A DNA stretch of 63,501 bases, filler included, from Octopus bimaculoides (Eukaryota), in the NCBI RefSeq assembly GCF_001194135.2. It is 8 parts of 7 records of this genome, joined end to end, with 100 filler letters (N's around TTAATTAATTAA, not from the genome) between each part and the next. Parts side by side here need not be neighbours in the genome. Positions count along the whole stretch, not along the records: positions 61,467 to 63,501 come from NW_026355511.1; 7 more parts are not named here. One strand, given 5' to 3'. This document shows, in pieces, positions 63,456 through 63,501 of the stretch. A program made the translations under genes and the position numbers. The notes below the pieces were generated by a model. It did not search any database. It was given only the letters and a program-made list of their open reading frames with translations, and had not been told where the DNA came from. Position 1 is the first letter of the stretch; every line of letters starts with the position of its first letter.

Positions 63456-63501
<46 letters not shown>

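Noticed and set aside
1-63501. Dozens of ORFs rich in HT, YI, CV, poly-N/I/K/E/Q or X
   Set aside because: They are translations of di-, tri- and tetranucleotide microsatellites or of N gaps, with no domain content.

Overview
This window is AT-rich, repeat-saturated animal DNA. The tRNA-derived SINE families, microsatellite load and 10-N negative gaps point to a cephalopod, most likely Octopus (inference from sequence character, no search run). It is not one locus: seven identical 100-bp artificial spacers (44 N + TTAATTAATTAA + 44 N) join eight independent scaffolds (1-7855, 7956-13489, 13590-23202, 23303-27042, 27143-35401, 35502-56833, 56934-61366, 61467-63501). I found no convincing host protein-coding exon, rRNA, tRNA gene or CRISPR array, and most listed ORFs are microsatellite or N-run translations. 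The recognisable content is mobile DNA: Penelope-like element (PLE) relics with GIY-YIG/RT motifs, R4/Dong-type REL non-LTR fragments, Tx1/L1-type ORF1 and endonuclease relics, a mariner relic, hAT/mariner MITEs and many SINE copies. The most interesting signals are (1) two structurally complete minimal type-I hammerhead ribozymes with palindromic stem III, one ending a PLE and carrying a U3:A8 covariant core, the other in a ~155-bp ORF-less element next to a (TAA)n tract; (2) a same-strand pile-up of four R4/Dong fragments in (TAA)n tracts; (3) a dimeric SINE flanked by a single 17-bp TSD; and (4) several unexplained hairpins and inversions. Family labels SINE-A and SINE-B are my working names. 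Boundaries of decayed elements are approximate.
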